A DNA stretch of 63,169 bases, the filler included. It is 8 parts of 8 records of this genome, joined end to end, with 100 filler letters (N's around TTAATTAATTAA, not from the genome) between each part and the next. Parts side by side here need not be neighbours in the genome. Positions count along the whole stretch, not along the records: positions 43,330 to 48,927 come from SRR7504441_781; positions 49,028 to 52,426 come from SRR7504441_782; positions 52,527 to 63,169 come from SRR7504441_786; 5 more parts are not named here. One strand, written 5' to 3'. The notes beneath the pieces are model-generated. The model ran no database searches, was not told where the DNA came from, and saw only the letters and a list, made by a program, of their open reading frames with translations. The position numbers were made by a program, and so were the translations under genes. Positions 47,746 to 58,964 of the stretch are shown piece by piece; positions within the stretch are counted from its first letter, which is position 1, and every line of letters begins with the position of its first letter.

Positions 47746-48797
47746 ATGGCTCGGGCTGGGCTCACCGCGGCGCTCTGTGAGCTGGCGGCGGTCGGAGTGG
47801 GAGAGGGGCTGTCCGCGGAGGCGGTGGAGCGGGCGGCAGGCGGTTGTGCCGAGCCGAGGCTGCTGGAGGCCATCCGGGACTTGCTGGGCGGCGCCCCAGG
47901 CCCGCTGGACCCGCAGGCCCGCCTCGGGCTGCCGGCCGAGCTGCGGGCGCGCGGCTGTCCGTCCGGGCTGGCCGACGGGTGCTTGACGCGGCCGAGGGCG
48001 GCGTTGCTGGCCATGTGGTGGTGCGTGGCGGCGGAGGGCTGGCTGGGCCCTGGGGTCCGGGTGGGCGGTCGGGCCGAGCGAGCCAGCGAGCGGCAGCTAG
48101 TTAAGCAGGCGGCAGCCAGGCCCTAGCGCTGCCAGCCGGCCGGCAGGTGCATCAACTGGAGCTCGGGCTGCGCGCGCCGGACTGGGGCCCCTGGCGAGGG
48201 CTCTGCCCGCCGGCGGTGCTCGCCCCGGTCTGGGACTGGCTGGCCGAGGCATCCCCAGCCTGCGCCCCAAGGCACCAGCCGGCCCAGGTGGCCGCCGAGG
48301 AAGCTGCCTGGCAGCGCAGTCAGCCGGCTGAGCCAGGCCCGCCGCCTCCGGCCCAGTTGGACCGCTTGCAGTGCGGCTGCAGCCCGACCAGCCTGAGCCA
48401 AGGGTCAGGCAGACGGTGCGAGAGCAGATGAAGCGATGGGTCGGGCAGGCCGGGCGGCGGGCGGCTGAGCAGGCCACGCTCAGCCAGCGCTCAGCGATCG
48501 GTCGGCCATCCGGCTGGGCCCGGGCTCACCCAGGCCAGATGAGCGGTTTGAGAGCCTCAGGCTGAGCCAGTTGCTCACCCCGGAGCCGCCCCGCCCGGCG
48601 GAGGCCGCCCGGGTGAAGGCCCAGGTGCCGGGGGCGCCGGGCAGGGCTGAGCTTGTGTGCAGCTAGCCGAGCGGCAAGCGCAGCGGAGGCTCGAGCTAGA
48701 AGCTATCAGGGAAGCAGCGAGGCTCAGCCCTGGGCCCCAGGGCTGGCGGTGGCGGGTCGTTCAACCCACGCGACACTCAGATAGCCTCAATAGATAG
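47746..48797 (+). CDS. Possible tubulin epsilon/delta complex protein 1 (TEDC1)-like protein
   Basis: LRARGCP...PRAALLAMWWCV and later VWDWLAEA resemble remembered TEDC1 motifs. Multi-exon, with a C-terminal coiled coil. The similarity is weak. Confidence 0.35.
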
Positions 48798-48927
48798 TGG
48801 GCTGAGTGCATAATACCCCTGATTTGCATCAATGAAGAAATCAATACATGATTGTGGTCATCGTACGTCAAGTTGATGATCGTTGAAAAAAAAAATTTCT
48901 CAATGTCAGCTCCGAGCGGTGCACAAC

Positions 48928-49027
48928 NNNNNNNNNNNNNNNNNNNNNNNNNNNNNNNNNNNNNNNNNNNNTTAATTAATTAANNNNNNNNNNNNNNNNN
49001 NNNNNNNNNNNNNNNNNNNNNNNNNNN
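48928..49027. other. Artificial contig linker
   Basis: N44-TTAATTAATTAA-N44. Confidence 0.98.
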
Positions 49028-49144
49028 AATAAAAAGCCCTGACCTTCAAAAAAAAAATATTTTGGGGGAGCCTTTTATCAAGGACTCAACAGCCCAACGA
49101 CAAATCTGCCAAGCTTTCCTGAGCCACAACTGCTCGGGGCCAGG

Positions 49145-52015
49145 ATGAAGAGTGGATTGTTGCCGAGGCTGTTGGCCGTCTGTGCGTCGGCTGCCGCGCA
49201 GTACCCCGCGAGCTTTCCGCCGGACTACACCGCCGACCAGCCGTTTGTTTGCAACTGGCGGAGCCTGGCCTGGGAGTTCGCCCGCAAGGTCCAGCCGCGC
49301 CACGACGCCCGGCTCACGTTTGACGCTCTCATGCTCGGGCCGACCTGCAACATGACCCGCCCGACCGGGGCGCCCAACCCGCTGCCGGCCGACCCGTCCG
49401 ATCCGCCGTGCGATGTGTTCGTGGCCGCCGATGGCGACGACAAGAACTCTGGAAGGTCCGCGGCCCAGGCTTTGCACACACCCGCGGCTGGGCTCGCTGC
49501 GTCCCGCAAGCTGGGCCCGCGCCGCCGGGTGCTGTGCATAGGGCCTGGGCTGTTCGAGCTCAATGCAGCGCTCCAGCTTACCAGTGTTGACTCGCACCTG
49601 ACTATCCGCGGGGCTGCCGGCCAGACTTGGCTGAGTGGAGCCGAGCGGGCTCGCCAGCTGGACTGGTCAGTGTACAAGAGCGCGCCCGCATCTCCGGCCA
49701 GCATCCGCACCACCGAGAATGCTGACAACCAGGCGGGCTGCACACCGAACGACCCATCTGCGATTGCTTCTGGCGGCTGCGGCTGTTTTAACCATACAGT
49801 TTCCGCCGCAGCGTGCGAGGCCAGATGCTCCAAACTTGGACCCTCCGCGTGCCCTTCGTTCGCCTGGAGCGGCCTTTCCAACGACAAGTGGTCCAATCAG
49901 TGCTGCATCCGGGCTGATCGGCGCTGGAACCCGACAATGGAGTTCAAAAACCACGCAGTCGGCCGGTGGACGGGCGGGCACGCCGCTCTCAATATTTGGA
50001 AGACCCCGCTTCGGCTCGAGCGAGGCACCAAACTCCCGGCAGCCACCCAGGTGAGGGTGAACAACGCCCGGTCGCCCAGGGCACGGCACCCAAATGCGGA
50101 CCCCGAGACACAGCAGTGGCCGATTGGGTGGGTGAGTGACGCAAAGGAGTGGCTGGCTGCCAAGAAGCCCAAGTCCCAGCCGCAGTTTGTGGGTGTGGTG
50201 AACAAGCTGCTGCAGACGCGCAACGACGGGGCTGGACTGAATCAGACCAAGCCATACAGTGGCGGGATTGGTGGACCATGCGAGGTGTTCTCTCCACCGT
50301 TCAGCTATTGGTGCTCAGCCCACCCAGCCGGTGGAGGCGGGTTCCAGTACTATGTCCCAAGTGGCATGGTGGTCCCAGAAAGTACATTCCCCGAAGGCGC
50401 GTCGCCGTCGGATTGGTCAAAGCAAGGCAAAGGGGCGATTGTGCAAGCATTCCGGAGAAGTCATTGGGCTTCGTGGATGTTTGAAGTAGCCGGTGTCAAG
50501 GGCAATACAACCGACCAGACAATCGAGTTTGGCGCCGGAGGGTTCCAGGGCTGCCGGGGTGGACCGGGCCAGGATTGGTACGTTGAGAATGTGCTCGAGT
50601 TGCTGGATACAGCCAACGAGCACTACATTGACCAGAGCACCTCTCCGGCCACTCTCTACTACCAAGGAAACAGCTCCTCCGGCGCTCCGAGCTCTGAATC
50701 GTTCGCAGTGCCTGTGCTGACCACGCTGCTAGCAGCCAATGCTTCGCAGGCTGCCCCACTAGTCGGGCTTCAGATCAGCGGAGTGGGCTTTAGAGATACG
50801 GTGCCGACTTATATGGAGCCGCATGGTGTACCTAGTGGGGGGGATTGGGCTCTGCAGCGGATGGCAGCCGTATTTCTTGAAGGGACGGTCGATCTGACGG
50901 TTGATTCATGTCAATTTGAGCGCCTCGATGGGAATGCGCTGATGCTGAGCGGGTTCCATCGCGGCGCCACCATCTCGAATTCGCACTTTGCGTGGACTGG
51001 AGACACGGCAATCGCAGCATGGGGACGCACTGATGAATTGAGTGACGGTGGCAAGCACGGCTGGGATGCGACACCGGGCGATATTCCACAGGGCACGCGC
51101 ATCATCGGCAACATCATGCGGGAAACAGGAATATGGGAAAAGCAGAGCAGCTGCTACTTTCAGGCTAAGACTGCAGGGACTACACTGCTGCGCAATGTAA
51201 GTCGCACGCTGCTGCTAGTGCTGCTGACAGAATGGGGCAGCTGTGCTTCAATCTGCCTCGAGCCGGATTCAATTTCAATGATGGGCTGGGAGGCGGCGAG
51301 GAGGTTCATGAAAACCTGATATTCAACAGCAACCGGGAGACATCTGATCATGGTGATGCCCTAGCCAGATCGCTCAAATGATGTTGTGCTCAGGCCCGAT
51401 CAATTCATGGGACCGCCAGCCCTTTGTAAGCACATTTGGAGCGGCTGGAGAGGGTGTGCCAACTGCGCACATGCTCCCTCGCAACATATCCCAAAACTTC
51501 TTGGTCGCGAATTACGGGGGAACCAACGGCGCCATCGACAACGACGACGAATCCCTGCGATACGAAAACAACCACAACTTCCAGGTTGATTTGCTAGAAG
51601 GTTGATAGAATTGGTTACGTGAGAAATGTAGGTCTATGGGCACCAGAAGTTCAAGACTGGGGCCATCCGAAGCTATGGGAACGTCATTGTCTATGCTTCA
51701 GACTTTGGTGGCAAATGGCCTTCTCCTGGCACAATACTCGACGAGCCCAATGCCATGTTCGACAACCGCGTCTGGTTTCAAAGCGGTGGCCAGTACCATG
51801 GTGATACGGGCTGGACTGGCAACCGGTCGTACAACAACCATCTGGTAGGTCAGAACGTCAAGCTCAGCACTGGGGAGACGCTATCAAAGTGGCAGGCCCA
51901 AAGCCCCAAGGTCAATGACGTTGGAACGACATACCGTGATGTGGACATCGCCACTCAAGCTGCAGAAATGCAAGCCGCAGCGCGAGATGTCCTCCAATCC
52001 GTGTTGGCTCGGTGA
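49145..52015 (+). CDS. Secreted right-handed beta-helix (pectin-lyase-fold) protein with an inserted PAN/apple-like domain
   Basis: Signal peptide, VFVAADGDDKNSG, RARHPN, WYVENVLELLD..NEHY, PSGGDWALQR, ETGIWEKQSS, NDGLGGG and RETSDHGPINSWDRQP. Three short GT-AG introns lie in the 3' part. Confidence 0.75.
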
Positions 52016-52426
52016 AATCTATGATCAATACCTTTCGAGCACTATTGGAGCACACGCAAGCAAGAAATGCTCCTGGGCATGACATTGTGCTAGGAAGAAT
52101 TTACATGGAGAGAATCCAGAGAGAGAATCCCGATAATCTAGAACTTCAATTCATACCTAATTCATACCAAGTACTTGTATTTCATACAAGTAAAATATTC
52201 TAGATTGAACAGAACAACATCATATACAGCTACGTGTACATGTATTAAACTAATTACTTTCACGCCTCGCGAGGATCTAGACGACTGGGAACCGGTAGGG
52301 AACCGGGCATCTAACATCGCCATAAATGAATCGATAAAGTGCACTCCGGCCTAGTGGCCAGCAAGCCGTGCTGCTCCATGCTGCTCCATGGCACCATGTG
52401 CTTCCCAATCGGGTGGTTGCGAATAT

Positions 52427-52526
52427 NNNNNNNNNNNNNNNNNNNNNNNNNNNNNNNNNNNNNNNNNNNNTTAATTAATTAANNNNNNNNNNNNNNNNNN
52501 NNNNNNNNNNNNNNNNNNNNNNNNNN
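52427..52526. other. Artificial contig linker
   Basis: N44-TTAATTAATTAA-N44. Confidence 0.98.
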
Positions 52527-52562
52527 CTGCCCCAGTTAAGATGACTGCCCCAGTTACGATGA
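52527..52562 (+). repeat. 18-bp tandem repeat (two copies) at contig edge
   Basis: CTGCCCCAGTTAAGATGA followed by CTGCCCCAGTTACGATGA. Confidence 0.7.
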
Positions 52563-53190
52563 TTAACTTTATGACCATTCCTGCTGAAGTGAGCGAGATA
52601 TCTGATCAGATAGCGCTGATAGACGATGTGCCGAGCAAGAGGGCCAGATCGAGCACGCCGTGCTCAGAGAGTCCGGACCCGCCGAGGCCGCGGACCAGGC
52701 GAGCTAGAAATCCTCGGCAGCAGCTTAGTTCATACAACCCACGGGCCAAACCAAAACCCAAGATAATCCATGGCCCAATACTGCTCTAAAGCAAGCACAC
52801 AGGGATCCAATCATTGTCTTGTCAAAATTAATGCTAAGAACATCCGTAACTAAGAGAGAGCTCGATCTAGAGGCATGCAGTGAGGCCTCTATGCATTCCC
52901 CGATTCTCGGGACGTCATCCCGTGGACATAACCGGTCGCGACTTAACCACGTACTCAAGACCTTAATTAACGGACTCAACCTAGACTTAGCCTAGCTGAG
53001 TCCAACTTTAATTAACCAGGTACAATTACCTGGACTAAACATGGACACCCAACCGTAACAACCACAGGTAATATTGTATACGTAGCAACTGTGAGGTAAG
53101 CGCGTAAGCACCATAGCCGGTGCATTATAATATACACACAGTTGACCCTCCTAATTAATATTTGATCATGTAATTTGAAACAATGGTAAA

Positions 53191-54895
53191 TCATAAAAAT
53201 GGTCCCCAGAAGCCACCGTTCAGTCCGAGCGCGACCTCACAACCCCGTGCGTTTTTAGTGCCTCGGCGTGGGCTGAAGACTGTTCTGTTGATCTCAACAA
53301 GGCGAGCAATCATGCTCTGCAATCGATCGGGAAATAGATGCGCAACGTTCTGGCGCTCTTCGGGGTCATGTGTGAGGTTCCAGAGACACCCGAGAGTACA
53401 ATCTAATGAGGTATCCCAGTCCTTGGATCTACTGGACGAGTTTGGGAACTGGGGCCCAGTCCAGATGGCTTCAGAGATCACATAGCCGTGAAGCAGCTTC
53501 CACAGCGTATTGCCCTCTGATGCGAGCAGCCCCTCGACTGTAGTCGGGAGGTAGTCATCGCTGGCGCCATGAGAGTTGCCAAGCGCCCCACCAATGGCCA
53601 GTTCAGTCCGGGGCTCTTGATTGGTGTCGCCGTTCCAGTACCGCCACTGACTGATACTATCTATCCCAGGCAGCTTAGCAGTCGCCGCCGGCTCATCGAG
53701 CTGAATCTCAGCATCAGAGAGCCCCGCCGCCTCCCCAAACGTGGCATAAAGGTCCCAGATCGCTGTCAGCCCACCAAGTTTATGCCCCCTTCTGCTGCTT
53801 CGGACCGCTCCACCAGACACTAGTGCGGGCACTCTTATCTATAGACTAGGTATCCAGGGCAGTTCCTAGCACTGCCAATGCTAAACGAATCCCGCCTTCC
53901 CAGTTACTGAACTTTGCGCCACGGAGTGGGAAGTTGTTGGCAGCATCATCGCCACCATTGTCGCTAGAAAACACCAACAAGGTGTTATCATACATCGCTC
54001 TCTCCTTGAGCAGGTCGACCAGCTCGCCTATCATGCTATCCATGTAGTTTGCTAGGGCGGCGTACATTCTGCGGCCTGGGTGAGATATGAATCCAAACTT
54101 TTTGTAGGTGGCCTCTGGCACTTGCCTCGGCCCATGGCACGCATGGATCGCCCAGAATAGAAACAACGGCTCATGAGGGGCGGATGTGTTGTGTTCCCTC
54201 ACAATCCGCTTGGCTCTCTGCAGGAACAGCGCATCCTCAAACTGGCAGCCTTGTTGGGACTGCTGGCTGCACTTCTGGCTGTTGTTGTGCCCGGAAGCCG
54301 GGAACGAGGACGGGCTGCGAGAAGCATTCTGAGACCAAAGGTCAACCATGGAGGTGGCGCCGCAGAACTGCATCCCACATTTGTCGATCTCGGTCCAATA
54401 GTCATTGCAATGCCCAAAGTAGCCCAGCCAGCTCTCGTACCCCCGGCCCATCGGCGTATGGCGCCCAGTGGCCATCCCTGCATCCCATTTGCCGGTGGCG
54501 TGCGTGCGGTAGCCGGAGGCCCGCAGCTTCTCGGCGATCGAGGTCATGTTGGTGGGGATTCCAGTGAAGCCGCTCACGGGGTCGTCGGGGTTGCTCAGGT
54601 CAGTGGCGCCGTTCACCACCGTCACGTGGATCGGGTTTCGCCCGGACTGGAGCGCGGAGCGCGAAGGCGAGCAGTACTTGAACGTCCTGAAGTTGTCGAG
54701 CTCGATGCCCTCAGCCAGCAGCCCGTTCAGCGACGGGGTCACAGCCTCGTTCGAGCCGACGGCACCTGCCACTCGGTGCCACCCCACGTTGGCCCAGCCG
54801 ATGTCATCGCCCAGGATCATAACAATGTGGGGCCGCGCGGTCCCGTGGGCAAGAGCGAGTAGTGTCGCAGCGAGAAGTGAGATCTGCATCGACAT
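53191..54895 (-). CDS. Secreted arylsulfatase B-like S1 sulfatase
   Basis: Signal peptide MQISLLAATLLALAHG, PHIVMILGDDIGW, CSPSRSALQSGR, TGKWDAG, FSSDNGG, NFPLRGAKFSNWEGGIR/VPALVSGG and LWNLTHDPEER. One atypical junction near 53839-53890. Confidence 0.88.
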
Positions 54896-54967
54896 CGGCA
54901 GTAACGGACTAACGGTTTTTGCCGGCTCGGTCGCTGAACGGGCTGCTGGCTGAGGTACAGGCAGGGA

Positions 54968-57007
54968 ATGCGAGTGCAGGCGGTGTTGGTGATTTTGGCG
55001 GTGCTGCCGAGCACCGGCAGTAGCCTCCTCTGGGTGCGGGCTCCGCTTGAGACCGGTGCGATCGTCACTGCGCCTGGGTGCGGCCTGCGCGCTCAACGCA
55101 ACACGGGAAGCTGGTGCAAACTCACGCCGGTCTCAGTCACGATGAACGCCGACGGCAAACCGGTGGTGGCCCCGGCGACGGTGCTCCCCGATGGCCGCTG
55201 CCAGTGCCGGGTCCCCAAGGTCGACGCGGCCGGGGCGGCTAGTTTGTCCTTCTCGCGCGACAACAAAACTTTTGTCCCTGCCAACGTCAGTGTGAGCTTC
55301 TTCGCCACCTGGTCCCCTTCACTCGGAAAGCGCCCTTACCTAAGCACCGACGCCACGGCCAGTTTCGTTGTAGCGACTGATGCTGCTGCAGGCTCCGGGC
55401 TCCGGATCTCTTGCCCCCAATTCAACCTCAGTGTCGCCATCCCGACCGGTGCCGCTGTCTCTGTTGGCTTCTCCCTCGCGTCTTTGCCGGCTGTGTATGA
55501 CGGATGGGTGGAGCTCAACTTATCTCGACCAGGCAAGCCGAAGCTCGCCCACCGGCTTCGGTTGATGCGGGTACCGGTGCCTCCGGCCCAGGAATCTTTC
55601 AGTTACCTTGATTACTCCCGACGCAGCATCATCGTCAATGACCGCCCATTCAACCCGGTCGGCTTTTACTCGGTGTGGGATCCCAAGAAAGGGGACTTCG
55701 AGGCGCTGTTGGACGATCTCGTGGGGCAAACTCGCCAGGGGATCAACGTGGTGATGCAGTACCAAGCCTCAAACCAGGCGCTGAATGTGTCGGCCAGCGA
55801 AGTTGGCGGATGCCTGGTCGCCACACCAGGCGAGCGCCAGCAGGACTGTGACAATCAGACCCAGATCTTGCTGGACACTGCAGCCCGTCATCAGCTAAAA
55901 GTGATGATTGATCTTGTTGGCCCCTTTCGCCAAATCGTCTGTGGGTCGTTCTCCCCGAGCAGCAAACAATGCCCAGCCTTTACTGGCGAGAGCATGCGCG
56001 GGAAAGCCGCCTCTACGGCAGGCTGGAGAGCGGTAGAGGCCACCGTGAATCGATACAAGGCGCATCCGGGCTTGCTCGGCTGGTATGTGTGCGATGACTG
56101 CATGACGAGCTGGATTGTAGCACAGCGGGCAGCAGGTACTCCGACAGTTGATACACTGTACAACAGACTGAAGCAGCTGGATCCTCACCACATTGTCATT
56201 GGCGCCATCGAATCAATCGACATGTTTGTCTTTGAAGCAGCGAATGTCTTTGTGCCGGAGGCAAGCCTTGATGTGCCAATGCTCGAGAACTATGTCAGCA
56301 CCGTTGCTGCCAACGCAGACATGGGATCGGCTTTTCATCAGCCTGGCAACGACGGTTCCATTCGAGCATATCCAATGGCATGGCAGCCGATGGTAAACTG
56401 CCCAGGGCCATATGCGTACGATGGCGCGTCTGGCCGGCGTCCAGGAATCACAGAGGACGAGCGAGCAGATGTGACGTACTCGCTTAGTTGGGTTTCGGCC
56501 GTCACAGCAAACATGCCGTCGCAATTGTACTTCCGCAGGTCCTACGCTGGCAACACGACCGGAACACTGATGCGAAGAGCCGGTCAATTCGCAAAGCAAG
56601 TTGCAGCGTTCTCAGAGTATATCTTTGTGTCACCACCGGAAGTAGCAAACATCAGCCAATCTCCCGGATTTCAACAGGCTGGCGCAATGTCTGATCCTGC
56701 TGAGACTTCACGTGCTGGACTGTGGGTCAAACCGAGTGCAAACAGGAGGTTCTGTGCACTGTTGGTAGTGGTAAATCTTCAGCAGCGGAACGAAAGCAAC
56801 TCGCCAGTCTCACAGAGCATCACCGTGAAACTGTCGCCCGTAGTGCTAAGTGCATGGCCAAATGCTGCTAGTGCTGCTGCTAAGTCCATTGACATGGGCG
56901 CAGCATCGGGTGAGTTCAAGGACGGCACCTTCCGTGCGCTTGATGTGAAAGGAGAGAATACTGCTGTGTTCCAGCTAAGTGGCGATGGTGGGTTCGAAAA
57001 CTGTTAG
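54968..57007 (+). CDS. Secreted putative glycoside hydrolase (Ig-like plus TIM-barrel, GH-A-like)
   Basis: Signal peptide, VNDRPFNPVGFY, GINVVMQY, LDTAARHQLKVMIDL, YKAHPGLLGWYVCDD and YNRLKQLDPHH. Intronless, 679 aa. Confidence 0.6.
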   Translation: MRVQAVLVILAVLPSTGSSLLWVRAPLETGAIVTAPGCGLRAQRNTGSWCKLTPVSVTMNADGKPVVAPATVLPDGRCQCRVPKVDAAGAASLSFSRDNKTFVPANVSVSFFATWSPSLGKRPYLSTDATASFVVATDAAAGSGLRISCPQFNLSVAIPTGAAVSVGFSLASLPAVYDGWVELNLSRPGKPKLAHRLRLMRVPVPPAQESFSYLDYSRRSIIVNDRPFNPVGFYSVWDPKKGDFEALLDDLVGQTRQGINVVMQYQASNQALNVSASEVGGCLVATPGERQQDCDNQTQILLDTAARHQLKVMIDLVGPFRQIVCGSFSPSSKQCPAFTGESMRGKAASTAGWRAVEATVNRYKAHPGLLGWYVCDDCMTSWIVAQRAAGTPTVDTLYNRLKQLDPHHIVIGAIESIDMFVFEAANVFVPEASLDVPMLENYVSTVAANADMGSAFHQPGNDGSIRAYPMAWQPMVNCPGPYAYDGASGRRPGITEDERADVTYSLSWVSAVTANMPSQLYFRRSYAGNTTGTLMRRAGQFAKQVAAFSEYIFVSPPEVANISQSPGFQQAGAMSDPAETSRAGLWVKPSANRRFCALLVVVNLQQRNESNSPVSQSITVKLSPVVLSAWPNAASAAAKSIDMGAASGEFKDGTFRALDVKGENTAVFQLSGDGGFENC

Positions 57008-57317
57008 ACAAGACTCGTCGGTGCTGCTACCATAGACTAGAACCTACTATAACTCAATAGCTAAGACTCTACTATTTTACAGACTACATCAGTGTAACTC
57101 AGTATAAATTCAAAATTAATACAAGTACATGATTGTATGAAATCAGGCAAAGAATGATACAACCATGTCAATTCGGGTAGATGGCTTCGTTGAGTGTTCC
57201 ATCGTTGGCAATTAAGATGCAACTAGGATACAACTAGTTGCAACACGGCACTGCATACTGCAATGACGAGAAAACAGAATATAAGGTTCCAGCCTTAGAT
57301 GCAGTGAAGGAATGCAT

Positions 57318-58923
57318 TCAATCTGATTTGCTCTTTTTGTTGAATGGTGTCACCGATCCAGAGCCAAACGGCCAGAACACATTCCAGATCGCGCTGATCA
57401 TAGTCCAGACCGAGAGGAACACCCGGCGGGGGGTGCGGGCGCCTGCAAAATTGCCCTCGAAAAAGACAATCTCGTCCTGCTCCATCACCATCGCGTCCCA
57501 GCCCACGGCCACCAGCCACTTCTCTTGGATTGACTTGTGTGCAGCCACTGCCTTCTCACAGGCCTGACGCACTCCGGGGAAGTGCGTGGGCTTATCCACC
57601 AGCGGCTGGGGCATGGCGGCGAACGCGGCGCAGTACCAGTTGGCTGCGCACACCACTTCCTCGGTGTCCACGTCCACCAGGTAGCCCTCCTGGCACGAGT
57701 GGCTCGAATTGGTCGAGCAGTTGGTCCACAGGATCACCGAGAGCACCTTGACCGAGTCGTCGGGGGTCCGGATTGTGAGGATGTCGAGCGAGTGCACCCC
57801 GAGCGACTGCTTCGGCCGGACTAGCTCGAGCACCAGCACCTCCTGCCCGTTGTAGTTGGCCATCAGCGCTTCCTCGAGGCTCTTCTGGTCGTTGTAGTCC
57901 TCGCCAAAGTTCCAGAACGAGTCTCCGATCCCAAGATATCCGTCCGGAACTTTGATCACCAGGTCGGCAGAGTCGAGCGGATGGTACAGCGTCAGCTGGT
58001 TGTTCACCCAGCGCCCGAGCTCGCGCGGTACCCGGGCGTGCACCCCTTCGAGCGCCATCCGCCAGAAGTCCTTGGTCAGGATAGTGTCCACCCAGGTGTG
58101 AGAGATCGCCTCCTGTCCCGCCGCTCGCCTGAGCCTGGCCTAATCGGCACCGGGTGGGTGCCGGCGAGCAGGTATTGGCCGACAAACATGGAGGTGTTGA
58201 GGTAGCAGCTCCACAGGAGGTCGGCGATCGGGTTGGGCGGCTTGACAAAGAAAACTCGCCCCGGGCCGGCTTCCATCCAGTCGGGCGCGGAGAACATCTT
58301 CTTGACCTTCTTGAACAGCTCGAGCACCACGATCAGCAACGGCATGAACGGCCCGCTCAGGGTGAGCAGCAGCCCCGGGAACCCATACCAGATGTGGTTG
58401 AACTTGAGGGTGTAAATCGCGAAGCTGATCGGGCTGGTGAGCGCACTCCAGTAGAAGAGCACCACCGAGAGTGCGTACCGCCAGAAGCAGTCCCAGAGCC
58501 CGAACCAACCGCCCCACGGCTCGCTCACCTCGAGCACCTTGTGGTACCACTCCCCGGCGCAGATGTCCTCGTCGGCTTCGAACGAGTATTGGGGCTCCAC
58601 CGGCAGGAATTTCTTCCGGCCCACCTGCGCCCGACCGTCAGCCGTCCGGGGCGGGGCCGGCCGACCAGCGAGGTGAGGATGTCGACGAATGAGTTGGATT
58701 TCTTCATCTTGGAGCTCCGATCCGACGAGTAGCGCTTCTGCACCGTCGAGCTGAACTTTGAGTACCGGCCGGCCAGGTTGGGCTCGCCCCGGATCGTCTT
58801 GTCGGACGACTTGCCCAGCGCCGAGTCCAGGTCCTTCCGGAGCCGCATGTTCTCCGCCCGCAGACGCTCAAGCTCCGATCCACCACCTTGCATTGCGGCA
58901 GGCGCGCTATGAGGCTCCGCCAT
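57318..58923 (-). CDS. Membrane-anchored ATP-grasp protein (sugar-transfer-associated ATP-grasp-like), 3 exons
   Basis: N-terminal coiled coil and TM segments, then TKDFW, LVIKVPDGYLGIG and AVAAHKS...AVGWDAMV...FFEGN. Two GT-AG introns (41 and 38 nt). Confidence 0.65.
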
Positions 58924-58964
58924 TGGCTCACCTGGCGCTTGACCCGTTACGGAGTAACGGCAAC

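Noticed and set aside
9653-52526. Seven regularly recurring TTAATTAATTAA palindromes flanked by N runs
   Set aside because: These are identical 100-nt scaffolding linkers. They are not biological, and genes across them are not neighbours.
52541-53190. Small ORF and palindromes at a contig edge as a transposon
   Set aside because: No transposase, RT or terminal-repeat evidence is visible in this window.
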